Shown: positions 29,110 through 37,493 of the stretch, in pieces
How positions within the stretch are numbered: position 1 is the stretch's first letter
How the letters are laid out: every line of letters starts with the position of its first letter
Source of the DNA: an uncultured Planctomycetaceae bacterium
GTDB lineage: Bacteria; Planctomycetota; Planctomycetia; Planctomycetales; Planctomycetaceae
Direction: 5' to 3'
Assembly: GCA_964431285.1 (NCBI GenBank)
Contig: CAYSJO010000896.1
Span: 1 to 63,964, forward strand
DNA: 63,964 nt
Program-made: the position numbers and the translations under genes
Notes under the pieces: generated by a model
The model's database searches: none
Told to the model about the DNA's origin: nothing
The model's input: the letters and a program-made list of their open reading frames with translations, nothing else

Positions 29110-31743
29110 CTATTTTCCGTCATTCGCATCCTGAGGAAACAGTAACTCGCGAGCGCGATCCTGCGGGAGCCACTTCAGCGCGACGCCGACCACTGCCTCG
29201 CTGAACAGCGTTGCTTCCGAAGAGGATTCCTCCGGCTGACTGCCGATGACGCGATGCCCCTTGATCCACCGACTGCGCAGATCCTTCAGTGGCCCCTGGC
29301 TTTCGCTGAATGATCGAACTGGCAGCGGGACGAGTTTCGCAAGTCTCTCACCGATTTCGATTCTGACGTCGGCTGCATTCGGCGGATGAGCCATCAGCAC
29401 TCGCAGCAACAGCACTCGACGACTGCTGACGAGCGGCCAGTTGGCGCCGCCAGCGCCGCCGGCTCCTGCGTAGTCTGAGACGCCGAAGTCTCGGCCCGGT
29501 GAGTGCGGAGAATATGACATCAACTGCATCAGAAACGGTCGCGGTCCCTTCTCGGCCCTACTGTCCTTCTGGATCAGAGCAAGAATTCGCTCCACCGTGG
29601 CATCTGCCAGTTCGCCGGACACTTCTGACAGCGCGACAACGAGGTCGGTCACTTCGACCCCGTCGGGCGTTTCTTCGATCGCACTCATCAGGACGTCCAC
29701 GAGCCGTGTCCGCAATTCGTCGCCGATGGTCTGGTTCGACGTCAGCGACAACCGCGACATGATGACGGCCGCCTCGGCCCGGACGAACGGATCCTCGTCA
29801 TCCAGCAATCTTTCCATATACGAATCGAGACTGGACTGTTTCGCTCTGACGTCAGTTGTCACGAAGCGCCATGCCAGTCGTAGCAATGCCCGTTTCAGCC
29901 CGACACTGTGGCCAGGCCATTCTCGCTTTTTGAACTGTTCGAAAAACGCGACTGTGAATTCGGTCGACCGATTCAGACTTGTCGAACGTTCGGAGTCATA
30001 CGGCCACATGCTGTGCCCGGTTTCGGTGCGGGCATTCGCCAGGCGATCGACGATCCACCATCGTGCCTGATCCGTTCCTGACTGCAACGTGTGGGTGGCA
30101 GCCAGGGTGGCGACATTCGAATCATTCGTGTGGAGTGCTTCGTAAGCGGTCATCGCCATGTCTGAGGGTGCCGTGTTTGGCCGTTCGTCAGCGTAGAAGG
30201 TCTGCGTCGACAGCAAATACTGGAGCACGCGAGCGACTGCGGATGTCGCGGCCTGTCGGCCTGGACCGTTCGTGCGAAGCACCATGACACCAGTGAGATT
30301 GGACTCCAGTTGTTCAAGTGGAGTGTCGGCACCTGCCAGGTTCTCTGCAGCGGCACACCATTGGGAGAAGCGTTTGCCCTGATACGTCACCAGCTTCGGC
30401 AGCAGCGACATGGTAATCTGGTCCGACACATTGCCCGGCGCGACTCGTCCTCCAGATCCGGAGTCCAGGACACCTGACTCGCCCGGAACCGGTGCGAGTC
30501 GGATGACAGGCATGTCCGCATAAGGTACCGGCGCACCGGTAATTCTCTGCAGAGCCAGCACAGCGGCATTCAGCGACGAGCCAGTGAGTTCTGCCCGCAT
30601 GTCATCCCACCCCAACTCATTCCCTTGCGGGTGATCAACCGGACGGGTCGTCAGCTTGCCGCTGTCAATCAGAAACTCTGGCCGGACCGCTTCGAATCCG
30701 AAATCGCCCTCAAAGTCCGGAGCAACACCGAACCGCTCGGGCATCGATCTGACGATTGCCTCTATCACAGAAGCGGGCACGTCGGATCCCAGCCGTCCCA
30801 GTAACTCGTAGATCATTAATCGCCGTGTAATCAGAATCCGATCTTGGTGCCGGACGGTGGACGGCACTGCGACAATGGCTACCTGATCGAGACGATTCTG
30901 GTGCTTGCTGGACTGCAGCAGTACCGCGATTCGTTCTGCGGAATCGAGCGCCTGCCCGGCCAATTGAGCCAGACCGATCCAGGCGTCCGACTCGGCCGCC
31001 CACCATGCATCACGCAGGAACGGGCTGACGCTGTCGGGGTTTTCCAGAGCATTCAAAAACAGTCCAGCCAGCTCCGGACGCGGGTTGATCTCAGTCATCA
31101 GCCGAGTCGCCTTGAGGTGAAACGGCGAAGTTGGTGTGTCAACGAGTGCTTCCAGGCGCTCGACGAATTTTGGTTCGGTCTGTGGTCCTCGAACCTGATC
31201 AGAGAATCCCTGGAACGCGGAATACTGAGACGGCTCCTCGAGTTCATCCCACAGTTCAAGAACCGTGTCGATGTAGTCAGGAGACGTGAGCAATGCCTCG
31301 CGTAATGGATCTGGTGTTCCGACGATCGAACCAGGGGCGTGGTCAACACCATTGGGAGGTTCGGCCAGCCACTCAATAATCAACCGTCGCAGCAGCGGGC
31401 TGTCTTTCTGCAGGCCAGCGATGATTGGTTCGAGTATGTCGTCGGTACTTAATCGTCGGAGCTGACGAATGGCGGACGCCACAAGTATCTCTTCCGTGGA
31501 GAATCGCTCCATCGTCACGATCCCCACCTCTGTTTCAGTGCCGAGTTCGCGAATCGTCTCGCGTCGCGGCAGAGAATCGAGGGGGTAGGGTTCCAGTATC
31601 TGCAGTACTGCCTCGGCAGCTTCGCGATCGCGATAGCCTCGGCCCAGTATGCACAGCGCGTTGACCGCGCGTTCCAGTTCCTCGGGATTTCGTTCGGTCA
31701 GGACATCCTTCATCCATTGGTCAAAAGTCTTGCCGCTGAACAC
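29110..31743 (-). CDS. large HEAT/ARM-like alpha-helical repeat protein
   Basis: 877 aa, Leu/Ala/Arg-rich helical. N-terminal GKTFDQWMKDVLTERNPEELERAVNALCILG is a planctomycete HEAT-type motif and recurs internally (YQGKRFSQWCAAA). An alternative start at 31713 gives an ATGA overlap with the upstream stop. Confidence 0.65.
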   Translation of the reverse strand: MFSGKTFDQWMKDVLTERNPEELERAVNALCILGRGYRDREAAEAVLQILEPYPLDSLPRRETIRELGTETEVGIVTMERFSTEEILVASAIRQLRRLSTDDILEPIIAGLQKDSPLLRRLIIEWLAEPPNGVDHAPGSIVGTPDPLREALLTSPDYIDTVLELWDELEEPSQYSAFQGFSDQVRGPQTEPKFVERLEALVDTPTSPFHLKATRLMTEINPRPELAGLFLNALENPDSVSPFLRDAWWAAESDAWIGLAQLAGQALDSAERIAVLLQSSKHQNRLDQVAIVAVPSTVRHQDRILITRRLMIYELLGRLGSDVPASVIEAIVRSMPERFGVAPDFEGDFGFEAVRPEFLIDSGKLTTRPVDHPQGNELGWDDMRAELTGSSLNAAVLALQRITGAPVPYADMPVIRLAPVPGESGVLDSGSGGRVAPGNVSDQITMSLLPKLVTYQGKRFSQWCAAAENLAGADTPLEQLESNLTGVMVLRTNGPGRQAATSAVARVLQYLLSTQTFYADERPNTAPSDMAMTAYEALHTNDSNVATLAATHTLQSGTDQARWWIVDRLANARTETGHSMWPYDSERSTSLNRSTEFTVAFFEQFKKREWPGHSVGLKRALLRLAWRFVTTDVRAKQSSLDSYMERLLDDEDPFVRAEAAVIMSRLSLTSNQTIGDELRTRLVDVLMSAIEETPDGVEVTDLVVALSEVSGELADATVERILALIQKDSRAEKGPRPFLMQLMSYSPHSPGRDFGVSDYAGAGGAGGANWPLVSSRRVLLLRVLMAHPPNAADVRIEIGERLAKLVPLPVRSFSESQGPLKDLRSRWIKGHRVIGSQPEESSSEATLFSEAVVGVALKWLPQDRARELLFPQDANDGK

Positions 31744-33881
31744 AGGCTGTGGCTGATGTTGGCGTCCGATTCGCCCAGCGCAGTTCGCAGAGCCAGTTCT
31801 TGCAACGTGGCGGCACTGAAGAGCTCGTCCTCCGATGCGCGGCTGTTGTCTGTGGTGGGTCGCAACGCAACGCTCAGCCGGCCGATTTCCTTCGCCAGCA
31901 TGATTCGTGTCGCATCCTCCGCGGTGACCAGCAGACTGATTCGGTGTGGTGGAAACAGGTCATCCTCAACCGGTCTGTGCTGATCGACGGCAAAGACCTT
32001 AACGGCCTCAGCGACCGTGCGGATCGATTTCATCTGGCCCAGCTTCATCCGCTGACTGAACACGACCAATAGATCGACACGGTCACCGGGTGCAAGAATA
32101 TGACTCGAACCAACAGGTTGATCGACATCGATCGACACAACCCGCATGCCTTTTGGAATGCTTGCTCCGGCACTCTGGTTGAGGTCGACGCTCGACTGCA
32201 AAGTCAGGCTGAGTGTCCCGAGAGGAACGGCCGCTCGAAGCCGAGCCGCGATGATCGGCGTCACCTCGAATGTCATCTCACAATGCACGACGTCGTTGTC
32301 AGTCTTCTCGGCCTTGTCTATCCCGGTGATCTGAAGATTCTCAGCGATCGTACGGGCCGCGACCGCATCCTCGCCGTCCAGTAACTGAATTACATGCACG
32401 TGAGTCTTGTCAACGGGCAATGCCATCAGTGTTTCGCCGAACAGCTCGACTGACACGGTGACCGTTGTCAGTTCGGGCAGCGCCGCGATACCGGAAGGGT
32501 TGGAATTGTTGGCGGCCACTTCGCCAGGAATGCCCCGCTTGTGGTGTGTAATGCTGACGTACTCGTTGCCACCCCGTTTCAGCTGAATACTCCGGTCGTC
32601 GATTTTGAGCGACTCATACTCCTTCGGCAGCACGATTTCGTATTGCCCCGAACGGACGGTCAATTCGTTTTTGCCAATCGAGAGCGTTGCCTTGTGGACG
32701 ACCTCATTACCACGGCGAATCTCGATCGGAACGTTCTCGTCAGCACACTGGATGTGAATCGTGCCCGTATCCGTTTCAAGCCAGATGCCGATTCCGGCGG
32801 CCAGGATGGGGGGCACTATGAGCCCTCGCAGCCACTTCGCCGTGGAGCTACGTGACGCGGGCGCGTCACCAGACTTCGCCTGAGGGAAACCCTCCGGACG
32901 CACAAACGGCGGAATCGTCGCCGGGAAGTCCGGTTCATTCTCGGCTTCCGCCGCCGAAGCCAGTGTCTGGCCGCGGTCAGCCAGCTCAATCAATCTGTGC
33001 CCCGCACAGAATGGCCCCAGCACTGCAGCGACGTCGGCGGCCGTGGCGTGTCGATCATCCGGGGCTCGCGACAGTGTGCGGTTGACGATTTCGATCAGCT
33101 CAAGCGGCAGGTCCTGACTGCGGTCCCCGAGTGACGGCACATCGATTGTCGCCAGTGCTTTCATCTTTGCCAGCGGAGTGCGTCGCTCTCCCGACTCGTA
33201 CGGAGCGGTGCCGGTCAACAGTTTGAACAGCGTCGCACCCAGGCTGTAAACGTCTGCGCGACCGTCGACATCGTGGCTGTTATCTCCCTGCTCGGGAGCC
33301 ATGTAATCCAGCGTCCCCATAAGCTGTCCAACAGTCGTCAGCTCATCAACCGCTTCAATGGCCGCACCGAACAACGCCAGACCCAAATCCAGAATCCGAA
33401 CCTCACCGCGACGGTCGAGCATCAGATTGGAAGGTTTGACGTCGCGATGAATCAGATCCTGTTCGTGAGCATACTGCAGACCCAGAGCCGCCTGACGGAT
33501 GACCTCACACGCCGACGCCACGTCCAGCGGGCCGTTCAGTCGAACGAGCTTCGACAGGTCGATGCCCTCGACATAGTCCATCGCCAGAAAATGTGCTCCG
33601 TCGAGCACACCGGCATCGGTTGCCCGCACAATCGCCGGGTGATCGAGACGGCCAATGGCCTTCATCTCGCGTTCAAAGCGTGCGACCGCAGCAGCATCTC
33701 GAAGCCGCCGCGCTGGCAGCAGTTTCAAGGCGACCTCGCGTTCGAGTCGCGTGTGCAGGGCGCGGTACACCGTACCCATGCCACCGGCGCCCAGTTGCTC
33801 GACGAGTTCGTAATCGCGGATCCGCTCAACGATTCGAGCTGAAGGACTGGCACCGCTCGACTCGTCCATCGAACCAGGCAT
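31710..33881 (-). CDS. Ser/Thr protein kinase with single TM and CpaB/RcpC-like extracytoplasmic domain
   Basis: GAGGMGTVY, VALK, HRDVKPSNLML, DLGLA, YMAPEQ. TM LIVPPILAAGIGIWL. C-terminal IPKGMRVVSIDV...APGDRVDLLVVF...VKVFAVDQ...LLVTAEDATRIMLAKEIGRLSVALRP. Confidence 0.85.
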   Translation of the reverse strand: MPGSMDESSGASPSARIVERIRDYELVEQLGAGGMGTVYRALHTRLEREVALKLLPARRLRDAAAVARFEREMKAIGRLDHPAIVRATDAGVLDGAHFLAMDYVEGIDLSKLVRLNGPLDVASACEVIRQAALGLQYAHEQDLIHRDVKPSNLMLDRRGEVRILDLGLALFGAAIEAVDELTTVGQLMGTLDYMAPEQGDNSHDVDGRADVYSLGATLFKLLTGTAPYESGERRTPLAKMKALATIDVPSLGDRSQDLPLELIEIVNRTLSRAPDDRHATAADVAAVLGPFCAGHRLIELADRGQTLASAAEAENEPDFPATIPPFVRPEGFPQAKSGDAPASRSSTAKWLRGLIVPPILAAGIGIWLETDTGTIHIQCADENVPIEIRRGNEVVHKATLSIGKNELTVRSGQYEIVLPKEYESLKIDDRSIQLKRGGNEYVSITHHKRGIPGEVAANNSNPSGIAALPELTTVTVSVELFGETLMALPVDKTHVHVIQLLDGEDAVAARTIAENLQITGIDKAEKTDNDVVHCEMTFEVTPIIAARLRAAVPLGTLSLTLQSSVDLNQSAGASIPKGMRVVSIDVDQPVGSSHILAPGDRVDLLVVFSQRMKLGQMKSIRTVAEAVKVFAVDQHRPVEDDLFPPHRISLLVTAEDATRIMLAKEIGRLSVALRPTTDNSRASEDELFSAATLQELALRTALGESDANISHSLCSAARLLTNG

Positions 33882-33908
33882 CCGGTCGAGGCTGCGGGCC
33901 AGAGCGTC

Positions 33909-34145
33909 CTACAGCACGTTGCTCTCAGGAGGCGATGCGCTCTGTGATTCGGGGACGCCGTCGCGAACCGCCTCGCGCACACTGGCGATCAGTGAATCGG
34001 CCGTGTCGTCAAACGATGCGACCGTGTCTTCACACACAGGGCATTCGACAAGATGCGCATTGATCTGCTCAACACGGTCATCGTCGATACGACCAAGGCT
34101 GAAAGCTCGCAATTCATCGCGATCAATGCAGTCAGGAACTGGCAT
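33909..34145 (-). CDS. small zf-HC2-like (anti-sigma type) zinc-finger protein
   Basis: 78 aa. HLVECPVC (HxxxCxxC) preceded by CIDRDELRAFSLGRI. Its TAG stop is in frame with the kinase ATG 27 nt downstream. Confidence 0.55.
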   Translation of the reverse strand: MPVPDCIDRDELRAFSLGRIDDDRVEQINAHLVECPVCEDTVASFDDTADSLIASVREAVRDGVPESQSASPPESNVL

Positions 34146-34371
34146 CGCATTGCTCCATCAAAGGCGGACTCAGTAATCGTAAGCGAAATCAACTCTTATT
34201 CAGTAACAACGACGGAGCGCGACAGCTCTTTTCAATTTGGCGAGCATCGCGAATCCATGCCACACGGCCATGCATCTTGCCAGCCATTGCCAGGACGCCG
34301 GTAAACTCGGACCATGCGTTCAGAACCGACCTGACACGAGAACTCGCAACTTCGACCGGCTACGGTGATCG

Positions 34372-35814
34372 ATGCAAGCTACTGCCACCGCAGGTCGGCC
34401 ACATGTCGCAGTGATCGGGGGCGGACTGGCGGGACTCGCCACGGCTGCGGCACTTGTCGAACGCGATATCCGTGTCACGCTGCTGGAATCGCGGCCTCGG
34501 CTGGGCGGTCGCGCGAGCTCCATCGTTGATCGCGAAACCGGCCAGACGATCGACAACTGTCAGCACGTGACGATGGGCTGTTGCACCAACTTCCGCCACT
34601 TCAGCGAGAAGCTGGGATTTGCCGATCTGCTGCAGACGGAACGCCGTCTGTATTTCGTGGCTCCGCCCCGACCGGACGAGCGTCCGGCGATCGTTCCGTT
34701 CGCGGCTGGTCGGTTGCCAGTTCCTCTGCATCTGGCAATGGCATTCAACCGGCTCCCCTGGTTTCGCTTTGCCGAGAAACAGCAGATCGCGGTCGGTATG
34801 CGTGCATTGGCCCGCGCAGGTAATCAAACGGATGAACCCTTCTCGTATTGGCTGAACCGACACAAGCAATCGGAATGCGTGCAACGCGATTTCTGGCATC
34901 TGGTCCTTGTGAGTGCGCTCAGTGAGTCACTGGACCGCATCAGTACGCGTCATGCCCGCAAGGTCTTCGTCGACGGCTTCTTGGCATCCCGCACCGGATG
35001 GCAGGTTTCGATTCCCAGCGTTCCACTCGAGACGATCTATTCCACACGAGTCCGGCAATGGCTCGATCGTCAGGGTGTTGATGTGCGCATCCAGGCCGGA
35101 GTGAAACAACTGTCCGTTGATGATGGCCAGGTCGTCGGGGCGGAGATGCGAAGCGGCGAAACTGTTTCAGCAGATCATTTTGTCCTCGCTATCCCCCACT
35201 GGCTTGTGAAGCCCATCCTTCCGGACGTTCTGGCAAACGACTCTCAGCTATCCGGGATCGACCACCTCGAAACGGCTCCAATTGCGAGTGCGCATCTGTG
35301 GTTCGACCGGCCGCTAACTTCGCTCCCCCACGCCACTTTGCTGAATCGGCTAAGCCAGTGGATGTTCAATCGAGGCCTGGTTCAACATAACGAAAAAAGC
35401 TCTGAGTCAGCTGCGACATCGCACGTGCAGGTCGTCATCAGCGCCGCCCGTAATTTGTCAGGTCTGAGTGAGGGCGACATCATCGGTCAGGTCGAATCCG
35501 AGCTGCGCAGCGTCTGGCCCGAGTCCCTCGACGCGAAGCTCCGGCATGCCCGCTTAATCACCGAGCATCGAGCAGTGTTCTCACCACTCCCTGATGTAGA
35601 TGCTCTGCGTCCGCCTCAGCAGACTCCTGTTCCGAATCTGCAGCTTGCCGGCGACTGGACCAGTACCGGCTGGCCATCAACGATGGAAGGCGCCGTCCGC
35701 AGCGGCTACCTCGCCGCTGGCAACATCCTGCATCACCTGAATCGTCCCGCCGAACTCATCCGGCCCGATCTTCCGCAATCGCGACTCTTCCAATGGTGCT
35801 TTGGAGTGCGGTGA
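34372..35814 (+). CDS. FAD-dependent amine-oxidase/phytoene-desaturase family oxidoreductase (HpnE-like)
   Basis: VAVIGGGLAGLATAAALVERDIRVTLLESRPRLGGRA dinucleotide fold. C-terminal LAGDWTSTGWPSTMEGAVRSG. The HpnE-type assignment is by resemblance only; no hpnC/D neighbours. Confidence 0.65.
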   Translation: MQATATAGRPHVAVIGGGLAGLATAAALVERDIRVTLLESRPRLGGRASSIVDRETGQTIDNCQHVTMGCCTNFRHFSEKLGFADLLQTERRLYFVAPPRPDERPAIVPFAAGRLPVPLHLAMAFNRLPWFRFAEKQQIAVGMRALARAGNQTDEPFSYWLNRHKQSECVQRDFWHLVLVSALSESLDRISTRHARKVFVDGFLASRTGWQVSIPSVPLETIYSTRVRQWLDRQGVDVRIQAGVKQLSVDDGQVVGAEMRSGETVSADHFVLAIPHWLVKPILPDVLANDSQLSGIDHLETAPIASAHLWFDRPLTSLPHATLLNRLSQWMFNRGLVQHNEKSSESAATSHVQVVISAARNLSGLSEGDIIGQVESELRSVWPESLDAKLRHARLITEHRAVFSPLPDVDALRPPQQTPVPNLQLAGDWTSTGWPSTMEGAVRSGYLAAGNILHHLNRPAELIRPDLPQSRLFQWCFGVR

Positions 35815-35827
35815 TGCGTCCTGCGGC

Positions 35828-35939
35828 TGATTGATGATTAGCGATTGGTGAAGGGTTTGGTCAGCCTCTGAAATGACCGCAGTCTTGCCGATGTCCTGAC
35901 CAAACCCTTCAACATTGATCAATCGACAATCATCAATCA
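35828..35939. repeat. 112-bp imperfect palindrome between convergent genes
   Basis: Inner perfect 15-bp arms GAAGGGTTTGGTCAG (35850-35864) / CTGACCAAACCCTTC (35896-35910). Outer arms TGATTGATGATTAGCGATTG / CAATCGACAATCATCAATCA match at about 18 of 20 positions. Confidence 0.6.
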
Positions 35940-35956
35940 ATACGTTCGCCGAGGTC

Positions 35957-37378
35957 CTACAGCAACCGATCGCGTTTCAGCAGTGCGAGAATCTTCTCGA
36001 CAATCTCCGGGTGCTCGGCTGAGACGTCCGTCTGTTCGCCAATGTCCTCGGCCAAATCGTAGAGCCGCCAATCTGGCTGCTGTTTCGACTGCGAGGGGTT
36101 CTTTTTCTTTGTCGGACGGTATTGCACCAGCTTCCAGTTTCCGTACCGCACGCCGACAGATGTCGCACCCTCTGAGCTGACCCAGTACTGATACTCATGC
36201 TTCTTCTGTTGGTCAGCATTGCCGAGCAATGTGGGCAGATAGGAGATTCCGTCGATCCCGGCTGGCGAGTCAGTTCCAGCAATCTCGCAGGCGGTCGGCA
36301 GGAAGTCCGGAAACGCCGAGGGGTGATTTGAAACAGAACCGGCAGCAATTTTTCCCGGCCAGCGTGCGATCATCGGGACGCGAATCCCTCCATCGTGCAT
36401 CGATCGCTTGAAGCCGGTGAGGGGGCCGTTGGAATCGAAGAACTCGTGTTTGTGCCCACCCTCATTGTGAGGTCCGTTGTCGGACGTAAATACAACAAGT
36501 GTCTGCTCGTCAATCTCCAGTTCCTGCAGCAGTTCCATCAGACGTCCCACATCGGCGTCCATGTGCGTGACCATCGCCGCAAAACCTTTCTCCGGATTTG
36601 GCCAGTCTTTATCGGCGTACATTCCCCAGTCGGGAATCTCCATGCCATCGCCCGTGACGCGACCGCCTTCGTTGTTCGCGTGCGGAATCGTCCAGTGAAT
36701 ATGAAGCAGGAACGGAGACGCCTTGTGTTTCCGAATAAAGCCGAACGCCGCGTCGGTCATGAAGTCGTGTGAATAGCTGACTCGTTTCGACGAAACTCGA
36801 CCCCGCCCCGCCGGAATCGGATCGATCACGTTACCTGGCAATTCAACCTGCTGGTCGTTTTCCCACAGATGGGTTGGAAAGAAATTGTGAGCGTTCCCCT
36901 GGTTCATGTAGCCGAACCAGTAGTCGAAGCCGTTCTTATTGGGATGCCCGGGATTGTCGATTTCGGACGGCTTGTCGACGTTTCCCAGCGACCACTTGCC
37001 CACCCCGCCCGTCGCGTAACCCGCACTCTTCAAGAGCCCGGCAACCGTATTTTCTTTTGAGGTCAAGCTGCGGGATCGATTTCCGATCAGCCCGGTATGC
37101 CCCACGTGCTGCCCGAGCCACAGCACCAGCCGCGACGGACGGCAGACCGTGTGTCCGGCATAGTGGTCTGTGAACCGCATACCGTCGGCGGCCAGACGGT
37201 CAATGTTGGGAGTCTGGACGACCTTCTGCCCGTAACAGCCATGGTCGCCATACCCCAGGGCATCGACCATGATGTAAACGATGTTGGGACGTTTCTGACT
37301 CGCGTCGTCCGCATTCACCTGCGACACCACCAACATGGGCAGCAGAGTCACACACAACATCGTGGTTCGATGGACCAT
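35957..37378 (-). CDS. sulfatase (arylsulfatase family, Cys-type)
   Basis: Signal peptide. PNIVYIMVDALGYGD. Formylglycine motif CRPSR in HTVCRPSRLVLWLG. HWTIPHAN and FTSDNGP. Confidence 0.9.
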   Translation of the reverse strand: MVHRTTMLCVTLLPMLVVSQVNADDASQKRPNIVYIMVDALGYGDHGCYGQKVVQTPNIDRLAADGMRFTDHYAGHTVCRPSRLVLWLGQHVGHTGLIGNRSRSLTSKENTVAGLLKSAGYATGGVGKWSLGNVDKPSEIDNPGHPNKNGFDYWFGYMNQGNAHNFFPTHLWENDQQVELPGNVIDPIPAGRGRVSSKRVSYSHDFMTDAAFGFIRKHKASPFLLHIHWTIPHANNEGGRVTGDGMEIPDWGMYADKDWPNPEKGFAAMVTHMDADVGRLMELLQELEIDEQTLVVFTSDNGPHNEGGHKHEFFDSNGPLTGFKRSMHDGGIRVPMIARWPGKIAAGSVSNHPSAFPDFLPTACEIAGTDSPAGIDGISYLPTLLGNADQQKKHEYQYWVSSEGATSVGVRYGNWKLVQYRPTKKKNPSQSKQQPDWRLYDLAEDIGEQTDVSAEHPEIVEKILALLKRDRLL

Positions 37379-37493
37379 TCAGGCGTTTTCCTTTCAACGT
37401 TCTCGGCGAATGATTGAGCAGTCGTACCGGGCTGCATCGCCACTTCAGAGATTCAAGTCGGACGCAGCATCGACCACAGGCGAATGCATTTCA

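Noticed and set aside
37379-37493. Expected FMN (RFN) riboswitch upstream of ribD
   Set aside because: The 115-nt divergent spacer is too short. It lacks the conserved RFN blocks as I recall them (roughly AGGATAGTGAAAGGG and ACCGGCGGT-type segments). No call made.
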